From the NCBI GenBank assembly GCA_035642355.1, contig DASQSP010000212.1:1-59570 (forward strand): a DNA stretch of 59,570 nt, written 5' to 3'. The notes beneath the pieces were generated by a model, which was given only the letters and a program-made list of their open reading frames with translations, searched no databases and was not told the origin of the DNA. The number at the start of each line of letters is the position of its first letter. The first letter of the stretch is position 1. Shown in pieces: positions 13,432 to 22,279 of the stretch. The position numbers were made by a program, and so were the translations under genes. This stretch comes from Terracidiphilus sp. GTDB taxonomy: Bacteria > Acidobacteriota > Terriglobia > Terriglobales > Acidobacteriaceae.

Positions 13432-13662
13432 GTGGCTCAGTACAAAGGCAAAGTCAAGTGGTTCAATAATGCCAAGGGCTACGGATTCATCGGGCGCGAG
13501 GACGGCCCGGATGTGTTCGTCCATTACTCGGCAATTCAATTGGATGGTTACAAAACCCTGAAAGAGGGCGACGACGTCGAGTTCGACATCGTGGAGGGCC
13601 AGAAGGGCCCGCAAGCTGACGGCGTGGCGCGTCTGCGCGACGTCGCTCACACCGCAGCCTGA
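13432..13662 (+). CDS. cspA: Cold-shock protein
   Basis: [15 protein letters not shown] and [12 protein letters not shown] motifs; GTG start. Confidence 0.95.
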   Translation: MAQYKGKVKWFNNAKGYGFIGREDGPDVFVHYSAIQLDGYKTLKEGDDVEFDIVEGQKGPQADGVARLRDVAHTAA

Positions 13663-13876
13663 TCGCCCTGATCGCTTGTAACCCTGCGGCACGCGTAGCC
13701 GAAGTGTGCCTTCTGCTCTAACGCGCCCGTGTGTCTTCGACGGCAGCCCCCCACCGTCTGCCGCAGCGCGGAATACCAGGGTTGCGCGCGCCCCGCACAC
13801 AGGCCACGCGTTGGCCCCCAGGCGCGTCTTCTCTCCGCCCCGGCCTGCCCCATGACAGCACTGCCTCCGCATCGTA

Positions 13877-14055
13877 GTGTAGTGCGTCACGCAGATGCGC
13901 GTTTAACCGTTTAACGGTTTTTGAAGGGTGCGGGCTTTAGCCCGTACGTTAAGCCTGCAAATTCAACCGGGCTTTAGCCCCTGAGGAAATGCGGTCTGAC
14001 AAACCTTCAACATTCAGGGAGTGGAATGACGTATGTTATTTCCGACGCACTACAG
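13877..14055. mobile_element. 179-bp MITE, TA-flanked (IS630-like ends), carrying family-A REP core
   Basis: TA-GTGTAGTGCGTC ... GACGCACTACAG-TA (11/12 inverted match). Core GCGGGCTTTAGCCCGTAC...GGGCTTTAGCCCCTGAG at 13925-13986. Confidence 0.7.
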
Positions 14056-14097
14056 TAGATGCTGTTCGCAGACAGCCTTTATTGCGGAGACTCGCAT

Positions 14098-15840
14098 TTG
14101 GACAACCCCACCATCGCCCACCGGCTTTCTGAAACCGCCGACCTGATGGAGATCGACGGCGCCGACAGCTTCCGCATCCGCAGCTATCGCCGCGCCGCCG
14201 AAGCCGCCGAGCAAACCACCGTCGATCTTGTCGCCGCCGCTGCCGACACCGCGCGCCTGCTCGAGATTCCCGGCATCGGCAAAAGCATGGCCGCCCATCT
14301 CCAGGCCATCATCGCCACCGGCTCGCTATCGTCGCGCGATGAACTCGTCGCAAAATATGGCACCGGCATTCTCGACCTGCTCAAGCTGCCCGGCATGGGC
14401 CCCAAAACCATCGCGCTCTTCTGGTCCGCCGCGCAAATCTCTTCCATCGATCAGCTCGCCCAGGCCATTGAAGCCGGAGCGCTCGCCGGCCTGCCCCGCA
14501 TGGGCCCCAAGCAGCTCGACAAGCTGCGCAAAGGCATCGAGGACTACCGCCGCAGCGCCGGCCGTTTCCGCATCGACGAAGCCGAGGACGCCGCCAACCG
14601 CATCATCGCGTATCTGATGGCCTTCAACGGCATCGAGCGCGTCACCCCCGCCGGCAGCCTCCGCCGCGGCCGCGAGACCTGCGGCGATTTAGACCTGCTC
14701 GTCACCGGCCCCTGCTGCCGGCCCGAGCATACCGAAGCCGCGGTCAACTACATCGCCGCCTATCCCGGCATCCACAGCATCATCGCCAAGGGCGAAAACA
14801 AGATCAGCTTCTATCTCTCCAACAGCCTCCAGGTCGACGTGCGCCTGCTGCCCTCCGAGTCCTACGGCGCGGCCCTGCAATACTTCACCGGCTCCAAGGC
14901 GCATAATGTTTCGCTGCGCCAGCGCGCCCTCAAAATGGGCTACACCCTCAGCGAGTGGTCCCTCGCCCGCCTCGATGACAATTCAGTCGTGGCCGCCGCC
15001 ACCGAGGAAGAGATATACTCCGCCCTCGGCATGGACTGGATGCAGCCCGAGATGCGCGAAAACCTCGGCGAAATCGAGAGTGCCGCGCACCACGAGCTGC
15101 CGAAGCTCATCGAGATCGAAGACATTCGCGGCGACGTGCACATGCACACCACCGCCACCGACGGTCACAACTCCATCCGCGAGATGGCCGACGCCGCCCT
15201 CGCCCGCGGCTACCAGTACATCGCCATTACGGACCACTCCAAGAACCTGGCCATGACCAATGGTCTCGATGAGAAGCGCGCCCTCGAGCACATCAAGCGA
15301 ATCCGAGAGGTCGACGCCGAGATGGAAGGCCGCATCCGCATCTTCCCCGGCATCGAGGTCGACATCCTCGCCGACGGCGCGCTCGACCTCGACAACGAAG
15401 TCCTCGCGCAAATGGAAGTGGTCATCGCCAGCGTCCACACGCGCCTCGACCAGCCCCGCGACGAGATGACCGCGCGCGTCCTCCGCGCCCTCGAAAACCC
15501 CTACACGCGCATCCTCGGCCACCCCACCGGCCGCCTGCTACTGCGCCGCGAGCCCTTCGATCTCGACATCGGCCAGGTCCTGCGCCGCGCCGCCGAACTG
15601 GGCGTGGCCGTGGAGCATAACGCCGCACCCGAGCGCCTCGACCTGAGCGACCGCGACCTGCGCCTCGCCAAGGAAACCGGCTGCAAGATCGTCATCAACA
15701 CCGACGCCCACGACACCCGCCACCTGGCCAAAATGATCTACGGCATCCGCCAGCTCAAGCGCGCCTGGCTCGGCCCCGCCGACATCCTCAACACCAAAGG
15801 CCCGGGCGACTTCCTCGCCGCGCTGCGGCCGCGCCCCTGA
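14098..15840 (+). CDS. polX: DNA polymerase X / PHP exonuclease
   Basis: GSLRRG..TCGDLDLL, YFTGSKAHN, HMHT..TDG and DAH PHP motifs; TTG start after GGAGA. Confidence 0.95.
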   Translation: MDNPTIAHRLSETADLMEIDGADSFRIRSYRRAAEAAEQTTVDLVAAAADTARLLEIPGIGKSMAAHLQAIIATGSLSSRDELVAKYGTGILDLLKLPGMGPKTIALFWSAAQISSIDQLAQAIEAGALAGLPRMGPKQLDKLRKGIEDYRRSAGRFRIDEAEDAANRIIAYLMAFNGIERVTPAGSLRRGRETCGDLDLLVTGPCCRPEHTEAAVNYIAAYPGIHSIIAKGENKISFYLSNSLQVDVRLLPSESYGAALQYFTGSKAHNVSLRQRALKMGYTLSEWSLARLDDNSVVAAATEEEIYSALGMDWMQPEMRENLGEIESAAHHELPKLIEIEDIRGDVHMHTTATDGHNSIREMADAALARGYQYIAITDHSKNLAMTNGLDEKRALEHIKRIREVDAEMEGRIRIFPGIEVDILADGALDLDNEVLAQMEVVIASVHTRLDQPRDEMTARVLRALENPYTRILGHPTGRLLLRREPFDLDIGQVLRRAAELGVAVEHNAAPERLDLSDRDLRLAKETGCKIVINTDAHDTRHLAKMIYGIRQLKRAWLGPADILNTKGPGDFLAALRPRP

Positions 15841-15952
15841 CCGCGGAATTCGTTGCACTCAACGCCGCCCGTAGAAAAGATCCATCGACACCATCGCGTT
15901 GAAATCGCAGGATATTTCGGCGACGGAAACCGATTTCGGTCAAGACGATCTG

Positions 15953-15981
15953 TTGCACTAAGTGAACATTTGGTGCATACT
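15953..15981 (+). promoter_or_regulatory. Putative sigma70 promoter TTGCAC-17-CATACT
   Basis: Canonical spacing upstream of the hairpin leader of the NYN gene. Confidence 0.55.
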
Positions 15982-15987
15982 CAACTC

Positions 15988-16047
15988 AACCCACCTGCGG
16001 CGTGCCGCAGGCCCAGAGGCCGTTGCGCGCAAGCGTGGCGGCCTTTT
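15988..16047 (+). ncRNA. Candidate ~60-nt leader/small RNA ending in terminator
   Basis: CCTGCGG-cgtg-CCGCAGG hairpin, then AGGCCGTTGCGC-GCAA-GCGTGGCGGCCT-TTT. Confidence 0.5.
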
Positions 16048-16065
16048 GCATTTAGAATGCGGAAC

Positions 16066-16716
16066 ATGAAGACGGTGGTCTATGTTGACGGCTTCAACCT
16101 CTACTACCGTGCATTGAAAGGTTCGCGCCATAAGTGGCTGAATCTCCACGCGCTCTGCGAGGCAGCACTGCCGAAGAACTGCATCCTTGCACAAATTAAC
16201 TACTACACGGCAAGGGTTTCAGGAAGCCGCAACCCCAGCTCACCGAGAGATCAGAACACCTACCTCAAAGCTCTTGGGACGCTCCCGAATCTGCGGGTGC
16301 ATTTTGGCAATTTTCAAGTCACAAAAACCAGGATGCCTGTGGCACTGCCACTGCGCTTCTGGCCGCTGGGGGCCACTCCGTTCCCGGTTCCAGAATCGCT
16401 CAAGGCAATCAAGACAGAAGAAAAGGGCTCCGATGTAAACCTAGCGGCTCATCTGGTACGGGATGCCCTGACGGGCGTCTTTGAGCACGCCGCAGTGATC
16501 ACGAACGACACCGACTTGAAAGAGCCGATTCGCATCGTCGTTGAAGAGGCAAACCTTCCGCTGACGCTTCTCACGCCGGTGCCCCGCCCTTCACCCGACC
16601 TGCAGGGGCTTGCGACGCATGTTCGAAATCTGGAGGCCTATCTAGGCGTAAGCCAGTTCCCTAGCACGGTGGTTGCTTCGGACGGGCACACAATGTCGAA
16701 ACCCGCTGACTGGTGA
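16066..16716 (+). CDS. NYN (LabA/DUF88, PIN-like) domain protein
   Basis: VYVDGFNLYY, EEKGSDVNLA, ITNDTDL acidic active-site motifs. Confidence 0.92.
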   Translation: MKTVVYVDGFNLYYRALKGSRHKWLNLHALCEAALPKNCILAQINYYTARVSGSRNPSSPRDQNTYLKALGTLPNLRVHFGNFQVTKTRMPVALPLRFWPLGATPFPVPESLKAIKTEEKGSDVNLAAHLVRDALTGVFEHAAVITNDTDLKEPIRIVVEEANLPLTLLTPVPRPSPDLQGLATHVRNLEAYLGVSQFPSTVVASDGHTMSKPADW

Positions 16717-16836
16717 AAATCGCCGAGCGGTAACCAGCCGCTTGCACTGGAAGATAGGCACTCGACAGTACGAAAGCCCCTATTTACCCGGATTCCCTCG
16801 CCGAGTAGAGCGCAACAGCGCTAAGATAAAAGCGCC

Positions 16837-17472
16837 ATGAGTCTGCTGCAGCAATCACCGGCCGAATTGGACGACGCCGCCAGGGGCGAGTCGCTCACCA
16901 AGGGCACCAGCCACATTGTCATCGCGGCCATCGTGGCCGCCGTCGTGGTCTCAGCCGCCATCGCCATCTATGTCATCGCCGGGCAAAAGCCGCCCGTGGC
17001 CACGGGCGAGGTTCTTGACGTGTGGGCGCGGCCTACGCATGTGGTCACGCCGGGCTTTGACGCCAATGGCGCGGCCATGTCCCAGTCCACCTATGACCAG
17101 GTGCTGGTGTTTACCCGCGTCCGCCTGCACAACCAGAGCAAGGCGCCGCTCTTTCTGCACGAGATTCTCACCAACATCACGCTGCCCGATGGCACTATCG
17201 ACTCCAGCACCGCCACCACCGCATCGCAATACGACCGCTTCTTCCTGGCCTATCCGCAGTTTGCGCAGTGGCATGCGCCGGCGCTCAAAACAGACGAGCT
17301 GACCCTCGAGGCCGGCCAGACCGTCGAGGGCACATTCGTGACTTCGTTCAAAATGGCGAAAGACACCTGGGACGCCCGCAAGGCTCTGGACTACACCGTC
17401 AACTTCCGCTATCAGCCGCTGGTCAAGCTCACGCCCCCGGTCTCGGTTCAGGTCTCCGTTACTGACCGCTAG
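16837..17472 (+). CDS. Hypothetical membrane-anchored protein
   Basis: Single N-terminal TM, beta-rich domain, genome-like codon usage. Confidence 0.75.
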   Translation: MSLLQQSPAELDDAARGESLTKGTSHIVIAAIVAAVVVSAAIAIYVIAGQKPPVATGEVLDVWARPTHVVTPGFDANGAAMSQSTYDQVLVFTRVRLHNQSKAPLFLHEILTNITLPDGTIDSSTATTASQYDRFFLAYPQFAQWHAPALKTDELTLEAGQTVEGTFVTSFKMAKDTWDARKALDYTVNFRYQPLVKLTPPVSVQVSVTDR

Positions 17473-18292
17473 GCGGCGCGGCCGCGCTCTTCGGCGTCGA
17501 GAGATACCCGCTAATCTGGTTCTTCGAACCGATGGTGTTCACCACAATCTCATACAGCGCCGGCTCCTTGCCGCTGTAGAACTGCAGCGGCTCGTCCACG
17601 TTGCGGTCCTTCTTCTCGTAGCTGCGGTCGTCCGCATACACCACCAGCGTAAACTTGCTCTTCTTCACGTCGGTCTTCTTCAACTCCAGGCTCACCGTGC
17701 CTACCGGCTTCTTCTCGCCCTTGGTCAGCGTGAACTCGTAGTAGTTGCGGTCGCCCTTGTGCTTCAGAACCTCCAGCTCGTCGCGGTTACGCGCAATCAG
17801 GCTGGAGTGGTCGCTCAGGTCGCCCTTCATCGAGGTCAACTGTGCAATGGCCCCGGCCACATCGGTCTGGGTCTTGCCCAGGTCGGTCTTCACGCCGCCC
17901 ACGTCGGTCTTCACCGTGCTCAGGTCGCTTGAAACCGCGCTCACCTGCGCGGCCGTCTGCTGTTGCGCCGACTCCAGCTTCTTGCTCTCCTGCTCCTGGC
18001 GCGCAACGATCGCGTCCGCCCGCTGGTCGAGCTGCTTCTGCGTCAGGCCCAGGCTCTTGCCCAGTTCGTCGGTGGCCACGCGCAGCCGCGCATCGGTCTC
18101 GCGCAAGTCCGCCGCCAGCTTCACGCTCCGCTGGTTGGCTTCGTTCATCGCCGCTTCCTGCCGCGTCAGCCGGCCGCTTAGCGTATAGGCCCACACCAGC
18201 CCGCCCAGCGCCAGCACCAGCGCCGCGCCAATCACCGCCAGCAGCGCGCCGGAGTGCGTTCTCTGAACATTCTCCTCAAGCTCTTCGCTCAT
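17459..18292 (-). CDS. Hypothetical membrane-anchored coiled-coil protein
   Basis: TM, long coiled coil, C-terminal RNYYEFTL beta domain. Confidence 0.8.
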   Translation of the reverse strand: MSEELEENVQRTHSGALLAVIGAALVLALGGLVWAYTLSGRLTRQEAAMNEANQRSVKLAADLRETDARLRVATDELGKSLGLTQKQLDQRADAIVARQEQESKKLESAQQQTAAQVSAVSSDLSTVKTDVGGVKTDLGKTQTDVAGAIAQLTSMKGDLSDHSSLIARNRDELEVLKHKGDRNYYEFTLTKGEKKPVGTVSLELKKTDVKKSKFTLVVYADDRSYEKKDRNVDEPLQFYSGKEPALYEIVVNTIGSKNQISGYLSTPKSAAAPPSGQ

Positions 18293-18718
18293 TGCTTCTC
18301 CTCCGGGGTCGTGGCAGTCTGTTGCCATGCCGCAGCCACGCCTGTGCGCTCATCCTATCTCGTTTCAGGCCGATGCGGAAAGCCTTCCCCTGTTGTTTCA
18401 GGCCCCGCAACGTTACCCTCGAACCCGCCGCTCAGCCCTCGTCCCACACCCGCCGTGACAACCCATCAATCGCTACGCTATAAAGGATTTTGCCGCTCTG
18501 TTCACCACCACCGCTGCCACGGCAATCTTCAAGCTGATTGAACGCACCCTGGACCGGGCTCTTCGCGTCTCATTTGAGGGGCCGCTCGGGTCACAAAGGC
18601 AAAGCCCAGCCCGGCCATGCATTCCCGCTGAATCCGCCGCTGGACGGCGCGTTTCGGCCGATCAACATAGCAGTGTCTAACCGAACCGTATCTAACCGAA
18701 TGAGGGAGTCCAAAGTCC

Positions 18719-19858
18719 ATGTCTACAGCTGCTGCCGCCGGTAAAGGTCTGGAAGGAATTGTCGCCGCAAACTCCGGCATCTGCTGGATCGACGGCGACG
18801 CGGGCGTGCTCGCCTATCGCGGCATCGACGTCCACGAGCTGGCCCTCAACTCCACCTTCGAGGAGTCCACCTACCTGCTCTGGAACGGCCACCTGCCCAA
18901 CGCCTCAGCCCTGCGCGCCTTTCAGGCCGAGCTAGCCGCCGCTCGCGAGCTCGACCCCCGCGTCCTCGACCTGCTGCGCAGCTTTCCGCCCAACGCCACG
19001 CCCATGGAAGTGCTGCGCACCGCCGTCTCCGCGCTCAGCTTCTACGATGCCGACGAGAACGACAACACCCACGACGCCAACGTGCGCAAAGCCTTCCGCC
19101 TCACCGCGCAAATGGCCATGCTGGTCGCCGTCTACGACCGCATCCGCAAGGGCCTCGAAGTGATCTCGCCAGACCGCTCCCTCTCCCACGCCGGCAACTT
19201 CCTCTGGATGCTCAACGGCGTCAAGCCCTCTGAGACCGCCACCCGCACCCTCGACATCGCGCTGATCCTCCACGCCGACCACGAGTTCAACGCCTCCACC
19301 TTCGCCGCCCGCGTCATCGCCGCCACCCTGTCTGACATTCACTCCGCCGTCACCGGCGCCATCGGCGCGCTCAAGGGCCCGCTGCACGGCGGCGCCAACG
19401 AGGCGGTGATGCGCCTGCTCCACGCTATCGACAAGGAAGGCGCCGACCCCGTCGCGTACGTAAAGAACATGCTCGCCGCCAGGCAGAAGATCTCCGGCTT
19501 CGGCCATCGCGTCTACAAGACCGAGGACCCCCGCGCCACCCACCTGCGCCGCATGAGCGAGCAGCTCGGCAAAGACTCCGGCAGCCCCAAGTGGTTTGAC
19601 ATGTCCCGCGCCATCGAGCTCTACATCAATCAGGAGAAGAAGCTCAACGCCAACGTCGACTTCTACTCCGCCTCGACTTACACCATGCTGGGCATCGACA
19701 TCGATCTGTTCACGCCCATCTTCGCCGTCAGCCGCATCGCCGGCTGGGCCGCCCACGTCATCGAGCAGCTCGACGACAACCGCCTCATCCGCCCCCGCGC
19801 CGAGTACATCGGCCCCGTCTACCCCGCCCCCTGGCTCCCCATCGACCAGCGCAGCTAA
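18719..19858 (+). CDS. gltA: Citrate synthase
   Basis: HADHEFNASTF, GPLHGGANE, GFGHRVYK, ANVDFYS. Confidence 0.95.
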   Translation: MSTAAAAGKGLEGIVAANSGICWIDGDAGVLAYRGIDVHELALNSTFEESTYLLWNGHLPNASALRAFQAELAAARELDPRVLDLLRSFPPNATPMEVLRTAVSALSFYDADENDNTHDANVRKAFRLTAQMAMLVAVYDRIRKGLEVISPDRSLSHAGNFLWMLNGVKPSETATRTLDIALILHADHEFNASTFAARVIAATLSDIHSAVTGAIGALKGPLHGGANEAVMRLLHAIDKEGADPVAYVKNMLAARQKISGFGHRVYKTEDPRATHLRRMSEQLGKDSGSPKWFDMSRAIELYINQEKKLNANVDFYSASTYTMLGIDIDLFTPIFAVSRIAGWAAHVIEQLDDNRLIRPRAEYIGPVYPAPWLPIDQRS

Positions 19859-19892
19859 GCGCCTGCGTATGCCCCAACCGTTGGTCGACTGT

Positions 19893-19927
19893 GGGTGCCC
19901 CCGGTCCCTAGCTTTTGGGGACCGGGG
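19893..19927 (+). repeat. Family-B REP upstream of RAYT
   Basis: GGGTGCCCCCGGTCCC...GGGGACCGGGG hairpin. Confidence 0.85.
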
Positions 19928-19983
19928 ATAGAAAACTCACTCTCCACAACTGAAAGGTTTCCCTTGGAGTATCCTCGTAACGC

Positions 19984-20559
19984 ATGAAGGGCAAGCGCAT
20001 CCGTTACCAGCAGACCGGCGAATTCCACTTCCTCACCTTCAGTTGTTATCGACGTCGAGCCTACTTATCGGCACCTGCGGCCATGGAACTTTTCGAAGAC
20101 GCGCTGGAGCGCGTTCGCCTGCGTTATCTTTTTGCGGTGGCCGGCTACGTCGTCATGCCGGAGCATGTGCATCTTCTGGTCAACGAGCCCAGGCGAGCCC
20201 TTTTATCCCGGACCATCCAAGCCCTGAAGTTGTCAGTCTCGATGCGCAGCCGGGAAAGGCCCTTCTGGCAGGCCCACTATTATGACTTCAACATCTCTTC
20301 CCACGAGAAGTTTGTGGAGAAGCTGCGCTACATTCACCGCAACCCTGTGGCGCGCGGTTTAGTGACAAAGCCCGAAGACTGGGCGTGGTCGAGTTACCTC
20401 CACTATCAAACGGGCATGCGCGGAACCATTGAAATCGAATCCGAATGGACAGCCCGCGAGAGAGGCTGGCAACTGCCCGGCTGGATGCGCAATCACGAGC
20501 CCGACTCCCCTAAATCCCCGGTCTCCAAAGGCGAGAGACCGGGGGCACCCTCAACTTGA
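19984..20559 (+). mobile_element. REP-associated tyrosine transposase (RAYT, Y1 HUH)
   Basis: FLTFSCY, VVMPEHVHLL (HUH), FWQ..YYD, YIHRNPV, WAWSSY; flanked by inverted REPs. Confidence 0.93.
20516..20550 (-). repeat. Family-B REP overlapping RAYT 3' end
   Basis: Reverse complement GGGTGCCCCCGGTCTC...GAGACCGGGG. Confidence 0.85.
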
Positions 20560-20607
20560 TGTATTCTTCCTTTTGAGATAGGGGCCACCCGCCAGACACG
20601 GGAAAGC

Positions 20608-21162
20608 ATGGCATTACGCCAAAATGGCATCGAAACATCGGGCAAGGTTAATTCACTGCAGCGCTTTGGCCGATCTGGGCACATGGTCCTCTACACCTTC
20701 ACTGCAAACGGCGTCACCGTTTACGGCAAGGCGACGGTTTCCTCAGCGTCGATGGAAAGCCTTCATGAATCAAGCATCCTCACTGTGAGGTTTCTATCTT
20801 CAAATCCCTCGATTAATCAACCTCTTGTATCCGAGCAGTCCCTATTGCAGATATGGGATATGATTTTAATTCCTATGCCGTTCCTGGGAATTTTAGGCGT
20901 GCTCTTTGTGATTCTTAACAGGCGTCGGCACTTGCTTTCGATGGGGGCGCCAGCCGTCGGCCTTGTAACGGAGTGTAATTTCAACGGACGTTCATTTTTG
21001 GTCAAATATGAGTTTGTTACTGATGCCCAGGTGACTATTAAGGGCGCGGGATGGTCCCAAGACTTACAAAAATCTGGTCAGCGACTTTGGATTCTCTATC
21101 TGTCGAAAAATCCCCGTAGAAACCGCCCTTACCCCTTCTCGGATTACAAATTGGAAGAGTGA
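20608..21162 (+). CDS. AT-rich DUF3592-like membrane protein, possibly 5'-truncated
   Basis: Two G..V...Y.F...Y..NP repeats separated by a TM; bracketed by 22-bp inverted repeats. Confidence 0.6.
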   Translation: MALRQNGIETSGKVNSLQRFGRSGHMVLYTFTANGVTVYGKATVSSASMESLHESSILTVRFLSSNPSINQPLVSEQSLLQIWDMILIPMPFLGILGVLFVILNRRRHLLSMGAPAVGLVTECNFNGRSFLVKYEFVTDAQVTIKGAGWSQDLQKSGQRLWILYLSKNPRRNRPYPFSDYKLEE

Positions 21163-21236
21163 ACAAGGTAGATAGAGAAGCACCGTGGCGGGTGGCTCCG
21201 ATCTCAATAACGTTTCAACCCCGCCGAAGATGCTGT

Positions 21237-21270
21237 GGGTGCCCCCGGTCCCTCGCCGTTGGGGACCGGG
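21237..21270 (+). repeat. Family-B REP
   Basis: GGGTGCCCCCGGTCCCTCGCCGTTGGGGACCGGGG. Confidence 0.85.
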
Positions 21271-21348
21271 GTTTTAAGACTCACTACGGCAGGTGCACGG
21301 GAAAGCAAAAACCAATTCCCTCTCAATCCTCGAAAACAGATTGAACTA

Positions 21349-21921
21349 TCAAGAAGCCGCATCCCCTCGAACCGGCTCCCACAGCTCGATCGGGTTCTGT
21401 TCCGGGTCATGCAGCCGGGCAAACCGGCCATAGGGATACGCCTGCGGGTCAACCGTGACTTCGACGCCCGCGGCGCGAAGCTGTGCCGCCATCTTGTCCA
21501 GGTCGCGGACGCGAAAATTGACCATCCACATCTGCTGTGGGTCGCCCATGTATTTGCTCGTGAGCGAAAACGGTTGAAACGCCGTAGTCCCCGCCTCCGT
21601 GTGCCATGCTTCGGCCTTCGCGCCGCTGGGCGTCAAACCCACTCCCAGGTGACTGCGATACCACTCCGCGAGCCCCTTGGGATCGTGCGCGCGAAAAAAC
21701 AAGCCGCCGATTCCGAGCACGCGCTCCGCAGGCACGCGCTCAACAGCCGCGCTCTCGCTCGCAGGCGAATCGCCATGCGCGGGCGTTTGTAAGCCGTCCG
21801 CAATCGCTTCTCCGGCGAAGTCCTTCTCCGGCCTCTCCGCCGAGGCAGCGCCGCCCTTTACGACCGGCCACCCGGTTGCGCACGCGAGAAAGTAGAGCAC
21901 CGTTCGTCTCTTGATCGGCAT
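21349..21921 (-). CDS. VOC/glyoxalase family protein (start uncertain)
   Basis: ERVLGIGGLFFRAHDP..LAEWY, MVNFRV.DLD, GRFA.L.DPE.NPIELWEP. Confidence 0.88.
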   Translation of the reverse strand: MPIKRRTVLYFLACATGWPVVKGGAASAERPEKDFAGEAIADGLQTPAHGDSPASESAAVERVPAERVLGIGGLFFRAHDPKGLAEWYRSHLGVGLTPSGAKAEAWHTEAGTTAFQPFSLTSKYMGDPQQMWMVNFRVRDLDKMAAQLRAAGVEVTVDPQAYPYGRFARLHDPEQNPIELWEPVRGDAAS

Positions 21922-22279
21922 GGGTCTCCCCCTGTCACGATGGTTTACGCATAACATACTTTAACGGCAGCGCGCGGCCCCGGTCCCCGTGATCTTTCAA
22001 AGTCCCGTTGAGAGTGGCCCCCGAAGACCTCCGCGGGCTTTGCGTGTTAATTCGCGAAAACGCGCATACTGGATTCAGGCGTGGGATGCACTAGAACCCC
22101 CATCGGCGCCCTGCGAAGCATCCGGAAACAGCCCCAGGGAGTCGAAACCTGCTTCCGGCACAAGGATGTGTCCTAAGCCGCGGTGTAGCGAACTTTCCGG
22201 GGCTGGATCGATATTGAGGGGACTCTGGCGCATGCGGAGTGAGGATTTGTCCACACTCCACATGCGCTGGAGTCTTCGG

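Noticed and set aside
15853-16065. N-terminal extension of the NYN ORF
   Set aside because: The domain begins at MKTVVYVD, and the upstream region holds the promoter and hairpins.
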